Assembly: GCA_038065275.1 (NCBI GenBank) | Contig: JBBTRH010000012.1 | Coordinates: 14,374-78,373, forward strand | Length of the DNA stretch: 64,000 bases | Origin: Patescibacteria group bacterium | Lineage (GTDB): Bacteria > Patescibacteriota > Patescibacteriia > SBBC01 > CAIJZX01 | Direction: 5' to 3' | In this document: piece after piece, positions 26,546 to 35,627 of the stretch | Layout of the letters: every line of letters begins with the position of its first letter | Numbering within the stretch: position 1 is the stretch's first letter | Notes under the pieces: generated by a model | Database searches by the model: none | What the model was told of the DNA's origin: nothing | Seen by the model: only the letters and a program-made list of their open reading frames with translations | Position numbers and translations under genes: made by a program

Positions 26546-27928
26546 TTACCTCACCTCCTCAACGGTAGAAGACGCGTATCGCACCCGGATATCCGTGGTG
26601 CCGCGTCGACCTTGCCGGTCGCGGACCTCGACTCGAATGGTGTTCCATTCGGGCTTGAGACCCTTGACCTCGGTCGTCCATTCGACGGTTGACCCCGACG
26701 CCATGAAAACATTCCGCGGCATCTGGTCGTTCAGCCTGACCGTCAGCCTGCTCACTCGACGATCATCAGTCGCTTGACCGATCAGACGGATAGACGGCGT
26801 TGAGACCACGACCCCATCGTCCGGGGAAATGATCATCACGTGGGGAACCTCGTTCTGGCACCCGGTGGCGAACAGTCCAGCCGCGAGTGAAATCCCTACC
26901 AGTCCCACGAACACGACGGTTATCACCCAGCCGAGCCAGGGGCCTCGCGGGCGCGGAACCTCCCGACGCTCTTCCGGACATTCCGGCTCACGCTTGCGCC
27001 AAGGGTAACGCTCGAGATTCTCGGGCGTGTACCGATCCTCTTCAATCGCCGCCTCGCGCTCGGCATTGCACTCGACCATCCATTCGTTAGCGTCCCCGAG
27101 TCCCTGGTTGATGTCGCGCAGGACGCGACGTCCGTACCGAGCCACCTGCCGACGCCAGCGCCGGAACTCCTCTTCCTTACCTGGAGACATCAGCCGCAAT
27201 TTGTTGGCCTCCGTCATCTCCAGGAAAATCTGCCGCTCTCTCGGCGTCATCTTCAGAAAGTGGATCAGCGTTTCCGGTGTAGGGAAGAACTTGTCCAGAC
27301 GAATGAACTCATGCTTCTGCTGAGGAGTCCACCGGCCCCACATCTTGACCAAGGTCTTCCAGTCCTCGTCCTCGAGCCCGAGAATCGAACCGATGATCTG
27401 GTCAGACTGACCGAGACCAAGGGTGTCGATCACCCGAGCGAGGTTGAATCGCGAAGCCAGCCTGGCCAGCGCTGAGTTCGAGATCCGCTTGGCCATGAAA
27501 TCCCCGACTTCCCGGAAAATGTGCTTGACATCATCCACACCCGGTGGCGTGAAGCCTTCCGGATATTCATCCGGGTACTTCGGCTTGACCTTCATGGTCT
27601 CGAAGTAGTTGTTGATCTCGTTGGCGGCATCTGCCATGAGAGCAATACCGAGATCTTGGAAGATCTTCAGGGCCGGGGAGGCCTTGATCGCGATCTCGAT
27701 CGGCAGGAGCATGAAGCGCAAACCTGCGTCGACCGCGTCCTTGACACGATTTTCGGCCTCCAGGTAGAGGTAGGCCACCTTGTGCCACAGCATTGAGTGC
27801 TTGCGACGCAAGTAGTCGAGCGTACCGATGATGGTGGCGCGACTGATCTTCAGCGCGTAGCCAGTCCAGATCGACGAGGTCCGTTCGATGATCCCCGCGA
27901 CTCCTTCGTTATCGCGTTTCTTTGCCAC
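26546..27928 (-). CDS. hypothetical protein: helical N-terminus, TM, C-terminal Ig-like domain
   Basis: GTG start with AAGGAG SD; P.V.IISP.DG...G.ATDD..V...N.I.V...D..G. Confidence 0.7.
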   Translation of the reverse strand: MAKKRDNEGVAGIIERTSSIWTGYALKISRATIIGTLDYLRRKHSMLWHKVAYLYLEAENRVKDAVDAGLRFMLLPIEIAIKASPALKIFQDLGIALMADAANEINNYFETMKVKPKYPDEYPEGFTPPGVDDVKHIFREVGDFMAKRISNSALARLASRFNLARVIDTLGLGQSDQIIGSILGLEDEDWKTLVKMWGRWTPQQKHEFIRLDKFFPTPETLIHFLKMTPRERQIFLEMTEANKLRLMSPGKEEEFRRWRRQVARYGRRVLRDINQGLGDANEWMVECNAEREAAIEEDRYTPENLERYPWRKREPECPEERREVPRPRGPWLGWVITVVFVGLVGISLAAGLFATGCQNEVPHVMIISPDDGVVVSTPSIRLIGQATDDRRVSRLTVRLNDQMPRNVFMASGSTVEWTTEVKGLKPEWNTIRVEVRDRQGRRGTTDIRVRYASSTVEEVR

Positions 27929-28031
27929 GACCGACTCCTTTCCTTGCGACCAGGACGCTCCCGGCCTAGGAAACTGCCGTCCATGGACAACTCCGCCCTT
28001 CATCCGTGAAGGGCTGTTGATACATCGCATG

Positions 28032-28093
28032 TTGTCAATCTGCGATCCTTTGCAGTTACCCGCAACACTACCAGATAATTCGATTTTGTCAAC
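28032..28093 (-). promoter_or_regulatory. duplicated promoter module, copy 1
   Basis: TTGACAAAATCGAATTATCTGGTAGTGT plus second TTGACA; near-identical to 30734-30796. Confidence 0.7.
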
Positions 28094-28268
28094 TATAGTT
28101 TTCCGAGTGAAGCTCCACGACTTTGCGGCCGTGCCATTTTGGAATACGGAGTTTTGGGGAGCGAAACTTTCCCCGCCACGAAGGGTGCAGGACAAGAACC
28201 CCGAACCAGTTATGGTTCGGGGCCGCACCGTCCCACCCGTTACTCCGAAACTATACGGCGGAGGCGGA

Positions 28269-28336
28269 ACTGGTGTGTGAATAAAAAAACACCGCCCGCG
28301 AACGAAGTCCGAGATTCGGACCACGTTCGGGGCGGG
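28269..28336 (-). terminator. terminator module, copy 2
   Basis: Hairpin then GGTG-TTTTTTT-AT..ACACACCAGT. Confidence 0.6.
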
Positions 28337-28349
28337 TTGGTGAAAGAGC

Positions 28350-29198
28350 TTACTTCTTCCCCATAATCCACGAGGAGGGAATCATGGAGGATGGTTTTCC
28401 AGGGGCGGGGTGGGTGACGTTGTTCATCACCCACATCCCGACGATGATGATGACGGCGCCGAATAACGCCACCGGTAGCAGGTTTTTGATCGGCGATGGG
28501 GCGCCGACCGGCACGTTCCGGAACAGCACCCACTGCGCGGCCGTCACCAATACCAGTCCGCCAAACAGGACATAGAGAGGCAGGATTGGCGGTCGCTGTG
28601 AAAGAAACACAGCGATAATCCAGACCAGCAACCCAACGCTGAGGCAGATCCAGATCAGGCCCTCGACGGTGTTGAAGAAGCCCTGCCAGACGCCGCCGGT
28701 CTTTGGGATGACCGGCTTCGGCTGGGTACTGCTGGAGGTACCTGTCGATTTGACTTTGCGGCGTTGGCGGAACCAGACAACTAGGGTCACCAGCGCTACA
28801 CTACCACCGATCCACGCCCCCCAGAACAGCATGTCGTGCGAGGAAAGGCGCGGCCAGTTGAAATGCAGTAACGTGATTTGCGTACTCGCATTCTTCAGTT
28901 TCGTCGCCAGGATCACGGCGACGATGATGGTCAGCGGGAAGGTCTTTTGCCATCCCGACGAATGTTGCCACCATCCTTGGAGTCTCTTGACCACGGACGG
29001 TGACGGCCGCCACATCCACAGTCCGTAGCCGATGGCTGACAGGCCGAGCGCTGAGCCAACAATCCGCACTACCGGATTGTTGAAGTGGGTCAAGATCGAC
29101 CAGAGAGCACCGATGATCAGCGCCACGACGATCGTTCCCACCACAATGATGTTGAGGGCGGCGGCGACTGGTCGCCACCCTGGAAACTTGAGAGCCAT
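28350..29198 (-). CDS. multi-TM hypothetical membrane protein
   Basis: GAGGAGGG SD, several TM helices. Confidence 0.75.
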   Translation of the reverse strand: MALKFPGWRPVAAALNIIVVGTIVVALIIGALWSILTHFNNPVVRIVGSALGLSAIGYGLWMWRPSPSVVKRLQGWWQHSSGWQKTFPLTIIVAVILATKLKNASTQITLLHFNWPRLSSHDMLFWGAWIGGSVALVTLVVWFRQRRKVKSTGTSSSTQPKPVIPKTGGVWQGFFNTVEGLIWICLSVGLLVWIIAVFLSQRPPILPLYVLFGGLVLVTAAQWVLFRNVPVGAPSPIKNLLPVALFGAVIIIVGMWVMNNVTHPAPGKPSSMIPSSWIMGKK

Positions 29199-29216
29199 GC
29201 TCCCCTCCTCTCGAGG

Positions 29217-30662
29217 TTACGAGGTCGGGGGAGACTCGGCGCCACCCACGACCTTCTTGAGTTTTGCCGCCAAGTCCTTCGGATCCCTCTCGCCCAGCTG
29301 TCGAAGCTCTTCGAACAGCGGGGCAAACGGAGTGAACTGCGCCGGCAACTGCAGATAGACGGTCCGACCCTCGGTAGTCAGACCCGTACGGTAGGCTTCG
29401 GTGGCGAACCACCGCAGAAACGCGTCGCGTCCGGCTTCATCCGGTTGCTCACCGATCGAGAAGCCGGTGATCCGTGATACCGCTGCCACCTGGTCGGCCG
29501 CCGCCACAACTTTGATGCGTTCAGCATCCGCACCGGCAATCTTCTTGATTCGATCAGCTTCGGCGACAGCCACTTTCTCGATGGCCGCCGCTTTGCCTTC
29601 GGCTTCCAAGATGGCCTGGTTCCTGCTGGTCTGCGCCTCGACCAAGCGTCCAGCCTGTTCGGCTTTCTTCTTGGCGAACGCCTCGGCCGCCCGTTCGATC
29701 TCGCCGCTGACTTCCTGGGCGTCCTTGACGACCGCATTGGCGATGAAGATGCCCCAATCACGGAGTACCCGACTCCGGATTATGCTCTTACCAGGGTCGT
29801 CATCACTACAAAAAAGCTTGTAATCATTGTACTTAACAATCCGGTCCCTAGGATTCACGCCCAGATCGTCTTGAAGTTCCTGCTGAATCTTATCCAGCAG
29901 ACCGCTTCGCTCGAACCTGACGATGTCGGCGACCTGGCCGCCCTCGACGGAAACGACATTGACCAGCTCCAGCTCGGCTGTCTTGGCGCGTATCACCGGG
30001 TCGATCAGGCCCTTCAGGTCGTCCTGGAAGTTCCGGGCCCGGGCAATCATGTCATCAGGCACGATAATCTGAACATACAGCGTGACGTGCAAGTTTATCT
30101 CGATTTGGTCCTTCGACCGCATCGATGGCATGTACGCCAGCTTGTCTGCCTCGTCCGGGGTGAGGTAGGCCACCCCCTCGTCCTTTCTCGCATCTCGCGC
30201 CGTAAAAGACGCTCGCGCTTCCTCCGCCTTCTTGCGCAAGGCCTGTAGTTCTGCTTCCGGGGGCTGAAACGGAAATTCCAACCGCAGGATCTGCATCGGC
30301 ACGGCGTGCCGAGTGCCGCCACGCACGTACTCGTGGTACTGCGTGGGAGTCCAGGCCGCCAAACGGAATCGGTTGGTCGGAAAGCCGACCCGGACCAAAC
30401 CGGGGTGGCCCTTACGAACCCGATAGTGCGATCTGCCATTCGCCGCCAGGTCATCGTAAAACTTTCGCCACGAATCATCGAGCGGATTGACCTCCACCCG
30501 ACAAATGTTGTCGCCATCGACGACGAGGTAAGCGAAGTTCGTCTTCATCCTCGCCACCCAAAATCCTCGATCGGCCCACTTGTACAGCACCCAGTCAATG
30601 AGCAGGCGCGCCGCCCAGCCCACGACCAGGATGAAGCCGAACCACAACAACCACGTGATCAT
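29217..30662 (-). CDS. SPFH/Band-7 (flotillin-like) membrane protein
   Basis: N-terminal TM, SKD.IEI...V, WGI.I..V.D, AEG/AEA/ADA coiled-coil repeats. Confidence 0.72.
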   Translation of the reverse strand: MITWLLWFGFILVVGWAARLLIDWVLYKWADRGFWVARMKTNFAYLVVDGDNICRVEVNPLDDSWRKFYDDLAANGRSHYRVRKGHPGLVRVGFPTNRFRLAAWTPTQYHEYVRGGTRHAVPMQILRLEFPFQPPEAELQALRKKAEEARASFTARDARKDEGVAYLTPDEADKLAYMPSMRSKDQIEINLHVTLYVQIIVPDDMIARARNFQDDLKGLIDPVIRAKTAELELVNVVSVEGGQVADIVRFERSGLLDKIQQELQDDLGVNPRDRIVKYNDYKLFCSDDDPGKSIIRSRVLRDWGIFIANAVVKDAQEVSGEIERAAEAFAKKKAEQAGRLVEAQTSRNQAILEAEGKAAAIEKVAVAEADRIKKIAGADAERIKVVAAADQVAAVSRITGFSIGEQPDEAGRDAFLRWFATEAYRTGLTTEGRTVYLQLPAQFTPFAPLFEELRQLGERDPKDLAAKLKKVVGGAESPPTS

Positions 30663-30733
30663 ATCGGACTCCTCTCGCGCGTTTGGAGAAACCCCAAAGC
30701 CCGCGCTATTTGCGCGTGCTCGTTTATATTCAA

Positions 30734-30796
30734 TTGTCAATTTACTATCCCTTACAGTAACCCGCGACACTACCAGATAATTCGATTTTTGTCAAC
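30734..30796 (-). promoter_or_regulatory. duplicated promoter module, copy 2
   Basis: TTGACA-17 nt-TAGTGT with extended TG. Confidence 0.7.
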
Positions 30797-30899
30797 CCAG
30801 CACCACTTTGGCTAAAACAGTGCTTTTTTTGACCAAAGTTTTCTATGTGGATAAGCAAGTTTTTCCATCTATCTGAGAATCAACCAAAGTAGTGCTGGG
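30796..30899. mobile_element. MITE-like TIR element, family B copy 2
   Basis: CCCAGCACCACTTTGG/CCAAAGTAGTGCTGGG, TCAA duplicated. Confidence 0.72.
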
Positions 30900-31772
30900 T
30901 CAACCACCGCCTTTTTCCCACCCGCCGTGTCCGTCCGTCTTCAATTGTACATCACCCCGCTCATCCGTGCGCCAGATAGTCAAACCCGCTTGCTTCAGCC
31001 GCAACAGCGCCGTCGGATGCGGATGATAATATCGGTTTCCCGCGCCGACGGAGATCACCGCCCAGGTCGCATTCACCGCCTGCAACCAGCGCACGCTGGA
31101 AGAAAATCGCGAGCCGTGGTGACCGACTTTCAGCAGGCCGGCCCGGACATCGGCGCCGCCATCAAGAATCCGGTCCTCAATGTCGCTCGACGCGTCGCCC
31201 ATCAGCATGGCCGAACTGCCGCCGCAGGAGAGCTTCAGAACAACTGAGGCGTCATTGACTCCCCCGCCTTCCGCCGCATTGTCACCGACGATATTTTTCT
31301 TGGTCAGGTCCTGGGCTGGCCAGAGAACATCGAACGTGGCCGCGCCAACAACGTATCGCTGACCGGCCAGTGCGTTGGTAACCGGAACATGTTGTTCGCC
31401 GAGCAAGGCGTGCCAAGTTTCGTACGCCCGTTGCTGGTACGGCAGGCTCGTGGCGAGCACGCGGCGGACCGTAAACCGCTCGGCCACCGCCACCAGTCCA
31501 TTCACATGATCGGCGTGCGGGTGAGTCAGCACCATCAATTCGATATCGCGGTCGCCGGCCGGCAACGCTTGGCTTAATCGATCGACCACGGTGTCATCCG
31601 GACCGCCATCGATTAGAATATCCTGATGGTCGCTCGTTTGGATGAGAATGGCATCACCTTGGCCGACATCAAGCGCCGTGAACGTGCATGCCTGATATAC
31701 CCCCCGGGGGTATATCCAAACCACCGCCAGCAGAACAGCGGCGGCACTAAGTAGAAGAAGTTTTTTGCGCAT
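30900..31772 (-). CDS. ComEC-associated metallo-beta-lactamase-fold nuclease
   Basis: LDVGQGDA, THPHADH, MGDA, KVGHHGS, SVG..N.Y.HP. Confidence 0.92.
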   Translation of the reverse strand: MRKKLLLLSAAAVLLAVVWIYPRGVYQACTFTALDVGQGDAILIQTSDHQDILIDGGPDDTVVDRLSQALPAGDRDIELMVLTHPHADHVNGLVAVAERFTVRRVLATSLPYQQRAYETWHALLGEQHVPVTNALAGQRYVVGAATFDVLWPAQDLTKKNIVGDNAAEGGGVNDASVVLKLSCGGSSAMLMGDASSDIEDRILDGGADVRAGLLKVGHHGSRFSSSVRWLQAVNATWAVISVGAGNRYYHPHPTALLRLKQAGLTIWRTDERGDVQLKTDGHGGWEKGGG

Positions 31773-33174
31773 CACGAGTAATTAATTTAATTGCCAGGGC
31801 GACAAAGACCAGACCGCTAAAAATTGTTACGGCCGGGGCCAAGTAGATCAAGGCGTTCGGTAGCGACGCGCCGGTAGTAATCAACCACACAATTAACCGT
31901 AACAAGGCGTCACTCACCGGTACAGTCACCGGCGCCAGCCAGGGAATCCACAGCCCCAGCAAACTGACCGCCCCGACGGCCATTGACAGCGGAATCAACG
32001 GCAGGACCAGGGTGTTCACCAGGGGCGCCACTAGCGACAATCGCCCGAACCGCCACAGCAACAACGGTTCGGTCATGACGATGGCGGCCAGGGTGGTGGC
32101 GAGATTATCGCGCAACCCGAACTTGGCGGATACCCACGGCAAAACCGCCGTCATTGGTTTCGACAGCGCCACCAACCCGACCGTTGCCAGGAACGATAAC
32201 TGAAAACCAAGGTCGTGCCAGACGATCAACGGATTCACGATCGCCATCAATAGCGCCGTGTAGGCCAACAATCGCCCGACGTTGATCGGGCGGCCGATGA
32301 ACAGCCCGACTTGCACCACTACGGCCATGATCGCCGCTCGCACGACTGACGCCGAAGCGCCGCTCATGACCACAAACGCAATCAGTAATCCCAGCGCCGG
32401 TATCCACGCCCAGCGCCGACCAATTAACTTAACTAACCAATTGACTGCCATCGCCATGATGATCGTCACATTAAATCCCGACAATGCCACAATATGCGTT
32501 GTCCCCGTTGCCTGAAATGCCGTGTTCAGCCGATCCGGCATGCCGTCCGTGTTGCCGACCAGGATGCCGTTGAGCAACGACGCTTGCGGTTCGTTGTACT
32601 GCTGGCGGACGTAGGTCAGCAGGCGTTCCTGCCACCGCCCGAGCGTCGCCCGCCATGATACGAGATGGCGCCGGACAACATCAACCGTCAAAGTGGCGCA
32701 ACGGGCATGAACGCCGTGCGACCACCGCCGGCGTTGCGATATCTCGGTCAGCGCCGTTATTTCACACGTCACCCGAACTTGCGTTCCCGCGCGAATGGTC
32801 GGGATCGCCGGAACTGACACAAGAATTTTCCCAACCATAGGCTTGCCGCTGGCAGTGACATCAGTCAGTTCAAACCGTTGCGCCGTCCCGTCAATCGTCG
32901 ACGGCAGAACCACTTCGCCCTCGGCCGTCATCGTTTGTCCGACGTAGCGGCTGATGTCATTCGCCGCGACGGTCAAAGCGCCGCCCATCCGCCAAACACC
33001 GAGCATCGCGCCAAGCAACGCTACGCTCACCCACCGCCCGCGGCGGACGCTCAACAGCGCCACGGCGATACTGCCCGCCGCCACAGTCAGCGGTGTCGGC
33101 GCGCGCCAAACCTCACCGGCGGCTAATCCGGCGCAAAATGAAGTTAAGAATACAAACAACAGCGGCCTGGACAT
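31747..33174 (-). CDS. comEC: ComEC/Rec2 competence membrane channel
   Basis: GTTHIVALSGFN, ASVVRAAIM, DLGFQLSFLAT. Confidence 0.92.
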   Translation of the reverse strand: MSRPLLFVFLTSFCAGLAAGEVWRAPTPLTVAAGSIAVALLSVRRGRWVSVALLGAMLGVWRMGGALTVAANDISRYVGQTMTAEGEVVLPSTIDGTAQRFELTDVTASGKPMVGKILVSVPAIPTIRAGTQVRVTCEITALTEISQRRRWSHGVHARCATLTVDVVRRHLVSWRATLGRWQERLLTYVRQQYNEPQASLLNGILVGNTDGMPDRLNTAFQATGTTHIVALSGFNVTIIMAMAVNWLVKLIGRRWAWIPALGLLIAFVVMSGASASVVRAAIMAVVVQVGLFIGRPINVGRLLAYTALLMAIVNPLIVWHDLGFQLSFLATVGLVALSKPMTAVLPWVSAKFGLRDNLATTLAAIVMTEPLLLWRFGRLSLVAPLVNTLVLPLIPLSMAVGAVSLLGLWIPWLAPVTVPVSDALLRLIVWLITTGASLPNALIYLAPAVTIFSGLVFVALAIKLITRDAQKTSST

Positions 33175-33233
33175 AATGTTGGCCACCGAATCTGTCTAAA
33201 ATTAGACTATAACGTTTCTTACTTTTGTGTCAA

Positions 33234-33337
33234 CCCAGCACCACTTTGGTTGAATTGTCGTTATTTCCTCAAATGCTCATTTTAGAACCAAAAACATTTC
33301 TTTGTCAGAACACCATTTGAGCCAAAGTGGTGCTGGG
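33234..33337. mobile_element. MITE-like TIR element, family B copy 3
   Basis: CCCAGCACCACTTTGG/CCAAAGTGGTGCTGGG, TCAA duplicated. Confidence 0.72.
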
Positions 33338-33344
33338 TCAACAT

Positions 33345-33500
33345 TCACAATACAGTTACGGACTTTGCGAGATTTACCGGCTGGTCTACGTTCATTCCTC
33401 TACATTCCGCCGCCGCTAGGGCCAGGATCTGCAACGGGATCATGGCCGTGATGGCCGATAAGACGCCGTAGTGCACCGCCGGGACGGCGATGGCGCAGGG
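33345..33500 (-). pseudogene. glmS: GlmS C-terminal remnant
   Basis: IPLQILA...RGMNVDQPVNLAKSVTV matches GlmS C-terminal signature DxPRNLAKSVTVE. Confidence 0.7.
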
Positions 33501-33582
33501 GATGCAGGTAAAGACCTGGTGGCCCGGGAAGCCGCCGCCCGCTGGCCGATGTACCCGACGATGCCGCACATAGAGAAAGAGT

Positions 33583-34723
33583 TTACCCGTTTTCGCCGCC
33601 ACCTTCAATTCTCGGCCGTCCGGCTTTGATCCAACGTAAATACGCTTCCATGAACGGCAGGAGGTCGCCGTTGAGCACCTGATCGACTTGCGACGTTTCC
33701 TGTTTGGTACGGTGGTCTTTGACCATCCGATACGGCTGGAGAACGTAGGAACGTATCTGGTTCCCCCAGGCGGCTTCGTGATATTCGCCTCGCAATTGAG
33801 ATTTCTCTTCCGCGCGTTTGGCTAGGCTCAGCTGGTGAAGTTTTGCTTTCAGAATTTTCATCGCCGTCTCCTTGTTTTGCGTCTGCGACCGTTCGTTCTG
33901 TACTGACACCATAATCTTCGTCGGCAAATGGACAACGCGGACCGCCGAATAGGTTGTTTGCACGCTCTGGCCGCCATGACCTGACGATAAGAACGTATCA
34001 ATGCGCAGATCTTTCGGGTCAAGTTTCACTTCCTCAACGTCCTCCAGTTCCGGAATCACTTCAACCAAGGCGAACGAGGTGTGGCGCATTTTTTCCGCGT
34101 CGAACGGCGATATCCGAACTAAGCGGTGGACACCGGCTTCACTTTTCAAGTAGCCAAACGCATACCGACCCTCCACTTCGAAGGTCATGCTCTTGATCCC
34201 CGCTTCGCCGCCTTTAGATTCGTCGAGGATTCTTATTTTCCAGCCCTGCCCGTCCGGCAGGCGGGCGCGTTGTTCGCAAAATCTGAGCAACATCCGCGCC
34301 AGCATCTCCGCCCAGTCCATGGCGTCGGTGCCGCCGGTGCCGGCGTGGACGCTGATGATGGCGTTCGATTGGTCGTGCTCGTCGTTCAGGAGCAAGGTGA
34401 ATTCCAGTTGCCGATATTGCTCCTCAAGTGTACCGATGTGACCTTCGACTTCTTTCCGCTGGCTCTCTTCAGCCATCGCCGCTAGTTCGATCCACGATTG
34501 GACCTCTTGTTCGATCGTCTGCCAGTCGTCAACTTCGTCTTTCAGCGTTTTCAACTGGCGGCTTTTGGCCTCGGCATTTTTCCGGTCCGCCCAAAACTCC
34601 GACGCGTTCATCGCCTCCTCAAGTTCACCGATCTGTTGACGTTTCTGATCGAGGTCAAAGCAAGCCCCGGGCAGAAAGCAGTTTCTGCCGGAGGCTCTCC
34701 AGTCGTCGAATAAGGTCGTTCAT
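33583..34723 (-). CDS. prfB: peptide chain release factor 2, +1 programmed frameshift at 34660-34654
   Basis: SPF and GGQ motifs; CTT TGA C after 22 codons. Confidence 0.95.
34245..34265. repeat. 21-nt palindrome in-frame in prfB
   Basis: CCTGCCCGTCCGGCAGGCGGG adds ARLPDGQ. Confidence 0.7.
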
Positions 34724-34727
34724 GGTG

Positions 34728-34847
34728 TTATATGTGGGCGCAGTCCCGCACCGGAGCGACTGGAGGGAGTGACTGGTGCGTGGGCAAGCCCCGAGCAGAA
34801 GTGATCTTCTGCCGGAGGCTCTCCAGTTTACGTACTAAATCTTGCAT
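34728..34847 (-). pseudogene. diverged prfB 5' duplicate (uORF 2)
   Basis: MQDLVRKLESLRQKITSARGL then palindrome. Confidence 0.8.
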
Positions 34848-34852
34848 GCGAA

Positions 34853-34933
34853 TTAATAATTGTTGTGGCTTGCCCCGAACCCGAGCGAAGCGAGTGGTTT
34901 GGGGTGCTCCAGGCGTTTAACGAGATCGTTCAT
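34853..34933 (-). pseudogene. diverged prfB 5' duplicate (uORF 1)
   Basis: MNDLVKRLE then palindrome. Confidence 0.7.
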
Positions 34934-34956
34934 AGTCACAACACCTTACCCTATTT

Positions 34957-35382
34957 CTAATAACGACGCAAACATTGCACCAACTCGGCCGTCATTGTCC
35001 AGCCGCAAATCCCATTCAGCTGTCGTTCACACCTGGCCGATATGTAACAGGCATACTCCGGTCGCGCTTCGCAGGTGGTGATGACTTCGTGGTCGTCGCA
35101 GATTTGCCCGCTACAACCGGTAATGATACACCCGTTACTGGTTCGGCTGTTTGTATTTGTTACAGCCTTCGGGCAAACCGCAAACTCGCAGTTCGGTCCG
35201 GTCCGGACGACCGCGCTACCATCGGGACAAATCTTGGCTTCCGCGGTACAAGCGCGATTAACATGAGAATTATTCGTGACTTTTTGCGGAACTAATGAAA
35301 GGCTCCCCCAGATCAATCCCACCGTCAACAGTGAGAAAACTCCGACAAGGATCAGAAGCCGAGTATTGCCTTGATGATGCAT
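34957..35382 (-). CDS. exported cysteine-rich protein (eight-cysteine-cluster-like)
   Basis: TM, CTAEAKICPDGS...CEFAVCP, GCSGQIC...TTCE...CGWT. Confidence 0.75.
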   Translation of the reverse strand: MHHQGNTRLLILVGVFSLLTVGLIWGSLSLVPQKVTNNSHVNRACTAEAKICPDGSAVVRTGPNCEFAVCPKAVTNTNSRTSNGCIITGCSGQICDDHEVITTCEARPEYACYISARCERQLNGICGWTMTAELVQCLRRY

Positions 35383-35417
35383 GCAGGTATTATAGCGAAG
35401 TTTCAACAGAAAAAGAA

Positions 35418-35602
35418 ACCACCCGCGGGCTTTTCTATACCGCGGGTTCAGCCCTCCTGCCCAGCCGGCCCTGAGTTTATCGAAGGGAGGAGGGCGCGGG
35501 GTGGTGGGAGAAACCCGCGGTGTAGCAACAGAGATTGTGAACCGGCTATTTTCGTTCTTCGAGAACTTAAACACCGCGGGTTTCGAAACCCGCGGTGTTT
35601 AA
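35418..35602. repeat. REP-like cluster
   Basis: ACCGCGGGTTTC/GAAACCCGCGGT family, including perfect 36-bp palindrome 35567-35602; related copy 41352-41400. Confidence 0.7.
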
Positions 35603-35627
35603 TATGGTGGTTTGACAGATGGTAGGT

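Noticed and set aside
33583-34723. prfB as a frameshifted pseudogene
   Set aside because: CTT TGA C is the established RF2 programmed +1 frameshift.
35383-35574. N-terminal extension of the Cys-rich ORF
   Set aside because: It is read-through of REP-like repeats; the likely start is 35382.
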